DNA of 64,000 nucleotides, taken from assembly GCA_038087875.1 (NCBI GenBank), contig CM075987.1, forward strand, positions 17,486,001 to 17,550,000, written 5' to 3'. Numbering within the stretch: position 1 is the first letter of the stretch; each line of letters starts with the position of its first letter. This stretch comes from Malacoraja senta (lineage: Eukaryota). Below, one piece after another: positions 12,901 to 24,900 of the stretch. The notes beneath the pieces are model-generated. The model was not told where the DNA came from and made no database searches. It saw only the letters and a program-made list of their open reading frames with translations. A program made the translations under genes and the position numbers.

Positions 12901-15900
12901 CTCAGTCAAAGAGAACTAGAGGCTCAAGCAGAACTGGGGAGGTTACTTACAAAGGGTGTCATTGAGAAATCCAAACATGATCCTTTGGAATTTGTCTCAA
13001 ATATATTTACCAAAAGCAAAAAAGATGGTGGATGTCGCATCATCATTGACTTAACCTCACTAAATACCTTTGTTAAGTATGTACATTTCAAAATGGAAAC
13101 ATTTGTAACTGCTAAACAACTGATTTCCAAGGATACTTTATGGCAGGCATTGATTTAAAAGATGCCTACTATTCAGTACCCATTCACAAGGGTCATCGCA
13201 GATACCTGAAAATTTACCTGGATGGGGCAACTATCGCAGTATAAAGTGTTGCCTAATGGGTTGACATCAGCCTTAGACTATTTACCAAGATATTAAAACC
13301 AGCCTTGGCAACATTAACGAAACAAAGACATAGTGTCATGGCATATCTTGAAGATATCCTAATAGTTGGCAAAACCATGGAGTTGGCTAAATCAGCTGTA
13401 TTAGCTACCAAACAATTGTTTGAAACCGTGGGTTTGTCATACATCCAGATAAATCTAAGTTGACGCCATCCACAACTATGGACTGTCTGGGATTCACAAT
13501 TAACTCAATCCACATGTCTGTAACGTTGCCAAAAGGTAAAGCAGCAGAATTGGCACAGATGTGCAACAATTTAATGGTAAGCAATCGACCAACCATCAGA
13601 CAAGTGGCAAGAGTAATTGGCAAAATGGTAGCAGCATTTTCAGCTACACAATTTGGACTCCTGCACTATCAGCACCTACAATGGGCAAAAGTACAGGCGT
13701 TGAAACGACATGCAGGTCACTTTGACAGATCCATGAAACTACCCATTGAAGCAATATCACAGTTACAATGGTGGATATAACACATTTGGCATAGTTCCAG
13801 CCCTATCATCATCAATAACCCAACGTTAACTATACAAACAGATGCCAGTGCTCAAGGCTGGGGAGCAACTAATACCATATCCAGCACAGGTGGTAGATGG
13901 ACTAACCTAGACTCGTCTTTACTACAAACACTGGGCATAAATTATTTGGAAATGTTGGGTGCGTTTTATGGTTTTAAAGCATATTCTAGGAATATGCACA
14001 ACTTGCATGTTCATTTACAAATTGATAATCTCACGGTGGTGGCCTATATTAACCATATGACCGGAATAAAATCGATATCATGTGACAATTGGGTCAACAC
14101 AATCTGGTAATGGTGGGTCGATAGACATATTTGGCTATCAGCAACTTACCTACCAGGTAAGCTAAATACAGTGCCAGGTCATGCAAATTCAATGATAAAC
14201 ACCGAATGGATGTTAAATCCTAGAGCTTTGCTAAAATTACAAACCAATATGGCACACCAGATATCGATCTCTTTGCATCCAGACTAAATCACCACGTACC
14301 AATGTATGTCCCTTGGGAACCACACCCTGAGGCAGCAGCGATAGATGCATTCGCGCTGAACTGGGGGACAGATTTCTTCTATGCTTTTTCCCCTTCTGCC
14401 TTAATCTGTAGGGTACTACGCAAAATACAGATGGACTCTGCTTCAGGTATTTTGATAGTACCAACTGGCCTACACAGCCATGATTCCCAGTGGTCCTCGA
14501 CATGGTCATCGAAACTCCTATGACCTTTCCCAGTAGCCCAGACCTATTGACGCACCCTGTATCAGGCATAAGTCATCCATGCCATGCCAAAATTAACCTA
14601 CTGGGTTGCAGATTATCAAAAGACCACTGCTGGGACTGGGATTGTCTGACAGGACCATCAACATGATGACACCGTATGTCCACCAGGAAACAATACCTAT
14701 CGAGCATCAGGAAGTGGGAAAGATACTGCTCGACTACTGGGACAACGTACTCATCTGCAACCATAACCAATGTACTGGAGTTCCTGGGGGGCCTTCACCA
14801 TAATGAAGGATTGAGCTACAGCGCCATCAATACTGCCAGACGTGCGGTGTCAGCCTACTTAAAACAGGTGCCAGGACAACAGGCCATAGGTTCTCACCCG
14901 CTGGTGATCAAACTCATGAGGAGTATCGTCAACTCCAACCCTCTTAGACCTAGGTATACACAAATCTGGGATGTCAGTGTGGTCCTGACATACCTAAGGG
15001 GATGGTCCCCAGCCAGGTCTCTCACCCTGGAAAAGCTAACCCTGAAAACGGTCATGCTGATGCTACTAGTCTCAGCACAAAGAGTCCAGTCCCTCCACTT
15101 ACTGCGACTGGACAACATGGTTATAACACCAGACCGGGTCTCATTCACCATTCAGGAACTGCTAAAGCAGAGCAAGCCAGGAACTTGAGTCCTAGTTATG
15201 GATTTCCGGGCATACCCACCTGACCTACGGTTGTGTGTCATGACTCACTTATTCACTTACATCAACACAACAAGAGATTCTCGAGGGAGAAGGGAATTTT
15301 TTTTTTTTTTTTTAAATAATAAATAAATAAAAAAGCCTTATGGGTCAGCCACAAGAAACCTCATGGTTGGGTGTCGAGCCAAACCATCTCGAGATGGCTC
15401 AAGCAGGTACTGGGAGCTGCTGGAGTAGATACTGATGTATATACATCTCACTCCACCAGGGCAGCATCCACATCGGCGGCTAAAAGAATGAACATGGAGA
15501 AAACATTCCAAACGTTCTACCACAAGCCACGAGCAGAACCTGTGTTATTTGCAGAAAGAGTTTTAAAATCTGCAAAAATATATAATTTAAGCCCGGGGGA
15601 GCATTTTGTCTTTTGTTATTGTTTAATAGATACCATTATTGTTTACAAACAGATTATGGTTGATTACGATAACATACTTCCTCCCTTGAATGACTTCGGC
15701 AGCGAGTGAAGTATGAACTGTTACACGGTTTGAAATCACAGAGCTTTAAAATCTTCACGTAGTCACTCACGTGACTCCGAAGTAAAATAGTAAGATTAAA
15801 CGAGAACTTACCAGTTTGAAGTTTGATCTGTATTTTATGAGGAGTTATGATGAGGGATTACGTGCCCTCCGCTCCCACCCTCAAATATATAGATCAACAG

Positions 15901-18900
15901 GTATCTTAGTTCTCCTTTTCTTTACTATGTTTATTTCAATTATTGTGTTTCCTGTGATTCCACACCGCTGCTTTGAAGAATGTCGCGCATGCGTGCTGGA
16001 CGGGGTCTTCACGTAATCCCTCATCGTAACTCCTCATAAAATACAGATCAAACTTCAAACTGGTAAGTTCTCATTTAATCTTACTATTATATATTATCAG
16101 CGATATGTATGAATAATTAGATAATGCATCTTCCGCGGGTAGGAAAGCCAAAACATTTCCGACTGGAGGATCAACAGAGCAACAACGGTTCCGAGTGCAA
16201 TCAGTGACAACTCATCCGAGGATGAGTGGTCTGGCCAAGGACTAGAGGGGTATATTTCTTAAGATTACAGAAATATGGTGCAGGCCGAATCGCGTTAGCA
16301 TTAGGCTAATCAAATTGCGGGTTTACTTACCCAGTTTAATATGGATGATTAGGTGTCTGCAATTTAACTGACTGCAAGAATCGATCTGGTAGTTGCATAC
16401 TCTGTCATATCTATACACATAAGGCACAGATTCTGCTATTTTAATAACAAAGCTAGTGGTGAAAGCCTGTGCTGCTCTTCTCAGATTAAAGGGCATTATG
16501 TCATTGAGTTTTAGGTAAAATGCAAAGTTGCAACTGATAAAACTTATGGATTGTCGGTAGATATCTTTTCCGATATTACAAATGAGGCAACATGAAATTT
16601 AACAGTACCAATTTGCCTATTCAATCACGCCATGATAGGCGGCTGAAGCAACTCTTATTTACTCAGTCACGAGTGACGGCTGGGACAGCCTGTCTTCTCG
16701 TGCAGCTACCTCTGCACGATTGTATGAGAAGCTTGTGAACAACATATGTGAGTCCATTTTATACAGAAGTAACAGAGGTTTGTGTGGCTTCCAGTTTGAG
16801 CCTAGAGAAACTTTATGGGATAGCACAATTGACATTGCTTGTGCTGCTTTATCATTTCTGTAATACCAGAAGTGGGACATAAATGATTGGTTCTTCACCC
16901 ACTATTCTCTAATGTTATGCCGGGTGTCTATTATTTGACCACTCTAATAGCCTACACTCGTTGTATATCAGTAAATTGTTATGCAAATATTCTTTTAAAA
17001 ATTTCCATCTTAATATGATTATGCTTTCAGCAGCTGATCTCAGCATAAAGAACACAGCCTTTACTCAATCTCTGGCTTAGTCTCCACGTCATACTGACAT
17101 AAGGGTAGCTTGCTATAGAAATAATCTCATAAGCAAATGTGCAGGATTACGTACATTTGAGGTTGACAGCATACCCACCAGAGCAGAGATCAGGGGTGTC
17201 ATTAGGGATAGAAGTGCACTCAGTTTCTAGTGCCTATCAAATGAAACATAGTTCTTTTGTTTCAATAGTCTCAAGATATTGCTGATGGCTCATTAGCAGC
17301 CAATACAATGGATTTCCCTTTCATCATACAGCATGAGGTTTACATAGTGCAGGTTAATAAATTATAAAATTTGATGGAATATGTCTGAATATTTGCAGAT
17401 AGAATTATGCACATTGTTGCATATGTTATTGTCTAACATCAGTCTATTGGGACTACAGGCCAGTTTAGAGCAATGGCCATATGTGCAAGTTAGCATCATG
17501 ATATTAATAACTCATGTTTTTCCTACCATTTATGGTTTATCTGTTTAAGTGTTTCACACACAGATTGTGTTACTGCATGAAACCACAGAGCTTTGAAATC
17601 TTCACGTAGTCACTCACGTGACTTCGAAATAAAACAGAAAGATTAAACGAGAACTTACCATTTGAAGTTTGATCTTTATTTTATGAAAAGTTGAAGTGAG
17701 GGATTACGTGCCCTCCACTCCCAACCCTATTCTCATAAAGATCATTCGGTAGTTCTAGCCTTTCATCTTTCTATAGTTTAGGTCAGCAACTATTCTGTGG
17801 TTTCATTCAGCTACTTTGAAGGTTGACGCACATGCGGGCTGGCAGGCTTCTTCACGTAATCCCTCACTTCAACTTCTCATAAAATAAAGATCAAACTTCA
17901 AACGGTAAGTTCTCGTTTAATCTTTCTATTTTATATACTTTTATCAGGTCTACCCCGCAACCTCCAGTGGTCCAGAGTCTCTCCTTGTAGCCATCAGCAT
18001 CTAATCAAGGCATGGTAATAAGTTATACAGTACTGAACTAGGCCCTTCTGCCCATGCTAACCACGATGCCTCATCTACACTAATCCCACTTCCACGTTTG
18101 GCCCATATTCCTCTTCCTGTCTATATACCTGTCCCAAATGTCTTATAAAGTAAGTAAGTAAGTAAGTTTATTGGCCAAGTATTCACATACAAGGAATTTG
18201 CCTTGGTGCTCCGCCCACAAGTAACAATATGACATGCAGTGACAGTTACAAATGATTCAGAAAACACTAAACATTAATAATAATAAAACATTAATGATAA
18301 AACACCATTGATCAAGCATGTGAACCAACAAAATACCAGATCAAAGGGAGGCTACAGATTTTTGGCTGTTGAGTAGAGCAACTTCTCGTGGATAAAAATT
18401 GTTTTTATGTCTGGCTGTGGCAGCTTTGACAGTCCGGAGTCGCCTTCTAGAGGGAAGTGATTCAAAGAGTTTGTGGCCAGGGTGAGAGGGGTCAGAGATG
18501 ATCTTGCCCGCTCGCTTCCTGGCCCTTGCAGTGTACAGTTCATCAATGGAGGAAAGGTTGCAGCCAATAACCTTCTCAGCTGATCGGATGATTCGCTGCA
18601 GCCTCCAGGTGTCGTGCTTGGTGGCTGAGCCAAACCAGACCATGATGGAGAAGGTGAGAACAGACTCTACGATGGCCATGTAGAATTGGACCATCATTGC
18701 CTGTGGCAGATTGTGCTTCCTCAGCTGCCGTAGGAAGTACATCCTCTGTTGTGCTTTTTTGACTGTGGAGTCGATGGTAGTCCCCCACTTAAGGTCCTTG
18801 GAGATGATGGTTCCCAGGAACTTAAAAGACTCCACAGATGTGACTGTGGTGTTGTTGATGGTGAGTGGGGTGAGGGGAGGGGGAGCTCTCCTAAAGTCTA

Positions 18901-21900
18901 CAATCAATTCCACTGTCTTAAGAGCATTGAGCTCTAGGTTGTTGCGACGGCACCAGGACGCCGGCTGTGTCACTTCCTGTCGGTAGGCAGATTCCTCCCC
19001 ATCCTGGATCAGTCCAATCAGGGTTGTGTCGTCCGCAAACTTGAGAAGCTTGACAGAGGTGTCTGTGGAGGTGCCGTCATTGGTGTAAACAGAGTAGAGG
19101 AGAGGGGAGAGTACGCAGCCTTGTGGTGCTCCTATGCTGAGTAGTTAGTTATACTACCCGTCTCAACTTAAGAATAAGGGGTAAGCCATTTAGATCGGAG
19201 AAGAGGAAATACTTTTTCTCACAGAGAGTTGTGAGTCTGTGGAATTCTCTGCCTCAGAGGGCGGTGGAGGCCGGTTCTCTGGATGCTTTCAAGAGAGAGT
19301 TAGATAGAGTTCTTATAGATAGCAGAGTCAGGGGATATGGGGAGAAGGCAGGAACGGGGTACTGATTGTGGATGATCAGCCATGATCACATTGAATGGCG
19401 GTGCTGGCTCGAAGAGCCGAATGGCCGACTCCTGTACCTATTGTCTATTGTCTCTGGCAGCTCATTCTATATATCCACCATCCTCTGTGAAAAAGTTTAT
19501 CCTGAAGTTCCTGTTAAATCTTTCCCCTCTGACCTTAAACCTATGTCCCCTGGTTATTGATTCCCCTATTCTGGGTAAAATAATCAGTGCATGTATCCCA
19601 TCTATTCCCCTCATGTTCTTATACACATCTATAGGATCACCCGTCACCCTCCTGCGCTCCAAGAAATAATGTTCTAGCCCGTCCAACCTCTCTCAATAGC
19701 TCAGGCCCTCGAGTCCACACAGCATCCTCGTAAATCTTCTCTGAACATTGTCAAGCTTAATAAGTAAGTAAGTAAGTAAGTTTATTGGCCAAGTATTCAC
19801 ATACAAGGGATTTGCCTTGATGCTCCGCCCACAAGTAACAACATGACAAGCAGTGACAGTTACGAATGACTCAGAAAACACTAAACATTAATAATAATAA
19901 AACATTAATGATAAAACACCATTGATCAAGCATGTGAACCAACAAAATACCAGATCAAAGGGAGGCTACAGATTTTTGGCTGTTGAGTAGAGCAACTACT
20001 CGTGGATAAAAAACTGTTTTTATGTCTGGCTGTGGCAGCTTTGACAGTCCGGAGTCGCCTTCCAGAGGGTAGTGATTCAAATAGTTTGTGGCCAGGGTGA
20101 GAGGGGTCAGAGATGATCTTGCCCGCTCGCTTCCTGGCACCTTTCCTATGGCAGGGTGACCAAATCTGAACGCAATACTCAAAATGTGTCCTCACCAACA
20201 TCTTGTACAACTGTAGCATAATGTCGCAACTTCTTATTCTCACCCTACACCCTTCTCCTTTCTTTCTCCCCGCCCCATTCCCCTCCACCCTGGCTGACTT
20301 TCCACTTGGTTCCACCTTCCCCTACACCTGCATCCCTTCCACTGGCTACACAATTAGCACATTTTTTAACCACGTTTCACAATTCTCAACTTTTTTGCAT
20401 TATTGGGCTCACACTTCTCACATCCGTCTTTTCATCTCTGGCCTTTGTCCAGCAATCTGCCCATCAAACCCACCCCCCCCTTGTCTGTGATCACCTATTA
20501 CCCCATCCATGCTCTGTCCTGCCACCTCCTCTTTATACCAGCTTTCTTTCCCGCTCCCTGCAATCAGCGTGAAGAAGGGCCCGTGGCAAAATGTCACTTA
20601 TCCATGTTCTCCTCAGATGCTGCCTGACCCGCTGAGTTACTCCAGCACTCTGTGAAACGTCACCTATCCATGTTCTCCACAGATGCTGCCTGACCCGCTG
20701 AGTTACTCCAGCACTCTGTGACTGTCTATACTCAATGCTCTGACTGATAAAGATGAATGTACCAAAAGCCTTCTTGACCACCCTATCTATCTGTGACGAA
20801 AATTGAGACGCATTATTCTGGATTTTAACTTTCCCAATATTGACTGGGAAGGTGATAGAGCGACAGATTTAGACGCTGTGTTATTTGTCAAATGTGTTCA
20901 GGATATTATCCTCCAGTAATATGTTGAAGGCCCTACATGGGAAAGGGCAGCACTTGATGTCGTCTTGGGAAAGTGGGAGGAGCAAGTGGATGATATGTTC
21001 AATTGGGTTTCCGATAATTATGGATGGGGACAAAGAGGGCGCACGACTCTGCCCACCTACCCGTCCGATCAATGTCCTGCTGCAATGTTTGACAACCATC
21101 TCCACTATCTACATACCACCCACTTGTGTCATCTACAAACTTGCTCATCATGCCATGTACATTCTCATCCAAATCATTGATGTAGATGACAGACAGTAAC
21201 GGGCCCAGCACCGAACCCTGTGGCACACCATTAGTCACAGGCTTCCAATCCGAAAAGCAACCTTCCATCACACCCTCTGCTTCCTTCCATGAAGCCAATT
21301 TCCATCCATTCAGCGATCTCTCCTTGGATCTAACCTTCCAGAGCAGCATACTGTGTGGAACCTTGTTGCATGCCTTTCTTAAATCTATGTAAATCTATGT
21401 ATATAATGTCTACAGTTCTGCGTTCATCAACCTTTTTGGTCACATCTTCAAAAAATTTAATTTGTGAGACACTACCTCCACATACAAAACCATGCTGACG
21501 ATGCCTAATCAGTCCTTGTCCATCTAAATGCACGCATCTCCCATTCCTCAGAATGCTTTCTAGTAACCTTCTGACCACAGGTCGTCAAGTCAAGTCAAGT
21601 CACATTTATTTATATAGCACATTTAAAAAACAACTCTCGTTGGCCAAAGTGCTTTACATTTGTTATAAGAATAGCATAAACAAAACAAACTACATACATA
21701 TATACCTGTACATGTAGCCCTCACTCAGAGGATGTCAGGAAAGGCTTGGGAGTATAGATACGTTTTTAGTCTTGACTTAAAAGAGTCGATGGAGGGGGAA
21801 GTTCTGATGGGAAAGGGGATGCTGTTCCACAGTCTAGGGGCTGCAACCGCAAAGGCGCGGTCGCCCCTGAGCTTATGCCTAGACCGTGGGATATTCAGCA

Positions 21901-24900
21901 ACCCCAAGTCGGCCGATCTGAGGGGCCTGGAGGTGGAGTGGTGGGTGAGAAGACTTTTTATGTAGGTGGGGGCAAGCCCATTGAGGGCTTTGTAGACATG
22001 GAGGAGGATCTTGAAGTTTATACGGAACCGCACAGGGAGCCAGTGGAGAGAGGCCAGGATCGGGGTGATGTGGCTCACTGGCCTGTCAGCCATCAACGCA
22101 CCTACTTCCTGAGAAGATTGTGGAGATTCGGCATCTCATAGAGGGCTCTCTTAAACTTCTACAGGTTTACACTAGAGAGGTTCTGCAGGAGTACAATATT
22201 GCCTGGGTTGCTTCACGGCCGGTTCGGCATCTTGAATGCCCAGGAGCAAAGAAGGCAGCAAAATAGTCCATCAAGTGTTCTGTCTTCCCCACCATCAAAG
22301 GGATTTACAGAAGACTCAAAAAAGCAGCCTGCATCATCAGAGACTCACACTCCTGCCATCCCGAAGAAGGTACAGGAGCCTGAGATACTGTAACATGCAG
22401 GTTCAGGAACAGCTACTTCCCCACAGCCATCAGGCTATTAAACACTACAACCAAATACGCTCTGAATGACATCAAGTCAAGTCAAGACAAGTCAAGTGAG
22501 TTTATTGTCATGTGTCCCTGATAGGACAATGAAATTCTTGCTTTGCTTCAGCAAACAGAACATAGTAGGCATTTACTACAAAACAGATCAGTGTGTCCAT
22601 ATATCATAATATAAATATATACGCACATGAATAAATAAACTGGTAAAGCGCAGATAACAGTTAATAGGTTATTAATAATCAGAGTTTTGTCCGAGCCAGG
22701 TTTAATAGCCTGATGGCTGTGGGGAAGTAGCTATTCCTGAACCTGGTTGTTGCAGTCTTCAGGCCTACGTGAAGGTAGCAGGGAGATGAGTGTGTGGCCA
22801 GGATGGTGTGGGTCTTTGATGATACTGCCAGCCTTTTTGAGGCAGCGACTGCGATAAATCCCCTCGACGGAAGGAAGGTCAGAGCCGATGATGGACTGGG
22901 CAGTGTTTACTACTTTTTGTAGTCTTTTCCTCTCCAGGGCGCTCAAGTTGCTGAACCAAGCCACGATGCAACCGGTCAGCATGCTCTCTACTGTGTTCCT
23001 GTAGAAGTTAGAGAGAGTCCTCCTTGACAAACCGACTCTCCGTAATCTTCTCAGGAAGTAGAGGCGCTGATGAGCTTTCTTGATAATTGCATTAGTGTTC
23101 TCGGACCAGGAAAGATCTTCAGAGATGCGCACCCCCAGGAATTTGAAGCTCTTGACGCTTTCAACCATCGACCCGTTGATATAAACGGGACAGTGGGTCC
23201 CCATCCTACTCCTTCCAAAGGTCACAATCAGTTCCTTGGTTTTGCTGGTGTTGAGGGCCAGGTTATTGTGCTGGCACCATATGGACAGTTGCTCGATCTC
23301 TCTTCTATACTCTGACATCCCCATCAGTGATACGTCCCACCACAGTGGTGTCGTCAGCGAACTTGATGATGGAGTTCGCACTGTGACCGGCTACGCAGTC
23401 ATGAGTTTAGAGTGAGTACAGCAGGGGGCTGAGCACGCAGCCTTGAGGTGCTCCCGTGCTGATTGTTATCGAGTCTGACACATTTCTACCCATACGAACA
23501 GACTGTGGTCTGTGAATGAGGAAGTCGAGGATCCAATTGCAGAGGGATGCGCAGAGACCCAGTTCTGCGAGTTTGGTAACCAGCTTGGAGGGGATGATTG
23601 TGTTAAATGCCGAGCTGTAATCGATGAATAACAGCCTGACATATGAGTTTTTGTTGTCCAAGTGGTCCAGAGCGGAGTGGAGGGCCAGCGAGATCGCATC
23701 CACCGTTGATCTGTTGTGGCGGTAAGCGAACTGCAGTGGGTCCAGGTTTTTGTCGAGGTAGGAGTTGATTTGCTCCATGATCAACCTCTCAAAGCACTTC
23801 ATCACCACAGGCGTTAGTGCCACAGGTCGATAGTCATTGAGGCACGTCACCTTACTCTTCTTGGGCACTGGTATAATTGATGCCCTTTTAAAGCAGGTGG
23901 GGACCTCAGACCTCAGAAGTGAGAGGTTGAAAATGTCCGTAAAGACTCCAGCCAGTTGGTCCGCACAGGGTTTTAGAACACGACCGGGTATACCATCAGG
24001 TCCAGTCGCTTTTCGAGGGTTCACCCCTCTGAAGGATCTTCTGACGACGGCCTCTGTGACTGAGACTGAAATACCATCACAGAGAATGGGGGCTCGGGAA
24101 GGCACATCAGTGTTCTACCTATCAAAGCGTGCGTAAAACGCATTGAGCTCGTCAGGGAGTGATGTTTCGCCGACATTCGAGCTGCCTCCTGGTTTCGCCT
24201 TGTAGGAGGTGATTGCATTCTTGGGGTCATTAGTTTTGTCCTTTTGCACTTATTATTGTTTTTTTATGTGTGTGTTTGTGTGAATATATAAAGTAAATTA
24301 TGTGTGTGTGTGTGTGCACGTGTGTGGATATATAAAGTAAATTGTGTGTGTGTGTGAGTGTGCGTGTATGGATATATACAGTGGCTTGCAAAAGTTTTCA
24401 TACCCCTTGAACTTTTCCACATTTTGTCACGTTACAACCACAAACGTAAATGTATTTTATTGGGATTTTATGTGATAGACCAACACAAAGTGGTGCATAA
24501 TTGTGAAGTGGAAGGAAAATGATACATGGTTTTCAAATTTTTTTACAAATAAAAAACTGAAAAGTGTCGCGTGCAAAAGTATTCAGCCCCCCTGAGTCAA
24601 TACTTTGTAGAACCACCTTTCACTGCAATTACAGCAGTAAGTCTTTTGGGATATGTCTCTACCAGCTTTGCACATCTAGAGACTGAAATTTTTGCCCATT
24701 CTTCTTTGCAAAATAGCTCAAGCTCAGTCAAATTGGATGGAGAGCGTCTGTGAACAGCAATTTTCAAGTCTTGCCAGAGATTCTCAATTGGATTTAGGTC
24801 TGGACTTTGACTGGGCCATTCTAACACATGAATATGCTTTGATCTAAACCATTCCATTGTAGCTCTGGCTGTATGTTTAGGGTCGTCCTGCTGGAAGGTG

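Larger units (their letters stand above)
11259..16088 (+). mobile_element. Inner full-length DIRS1-type retrotransposon (defective ORFs)
   Basis: Left ITR from 11260, ICR about 15752-15864, right ITR plus extension about 15979-16088; gag, RT/RNase H, methyltransferase and YR remnants in DIRS order; ATT at both junctions. Confidence 0.95.
7662..17930 (+). mobile_element. Outer, degenerate DIRS1-type tyrosine-recombinase retrotransposon
   Basis: Left ITR TTTTATTTCAAAGTCACGTGAGTGACTACGTGAAG...; ICR about 17600-17710; right ITR plus extension about 17823-17930; splits a minus-strand CR1 at ATTTTAT; gag remnant [13 protein letters not shown] (10348-10641) and YR remnant near 17168. Confidence 0.85.

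Noticed and set aside
15296..15335. T-run/A-rich quasi-palindrome inside the YR ORF as a terminator
   Set aside because: More likely a low-complexity insertion or homopolymer artefact; no supporting context.
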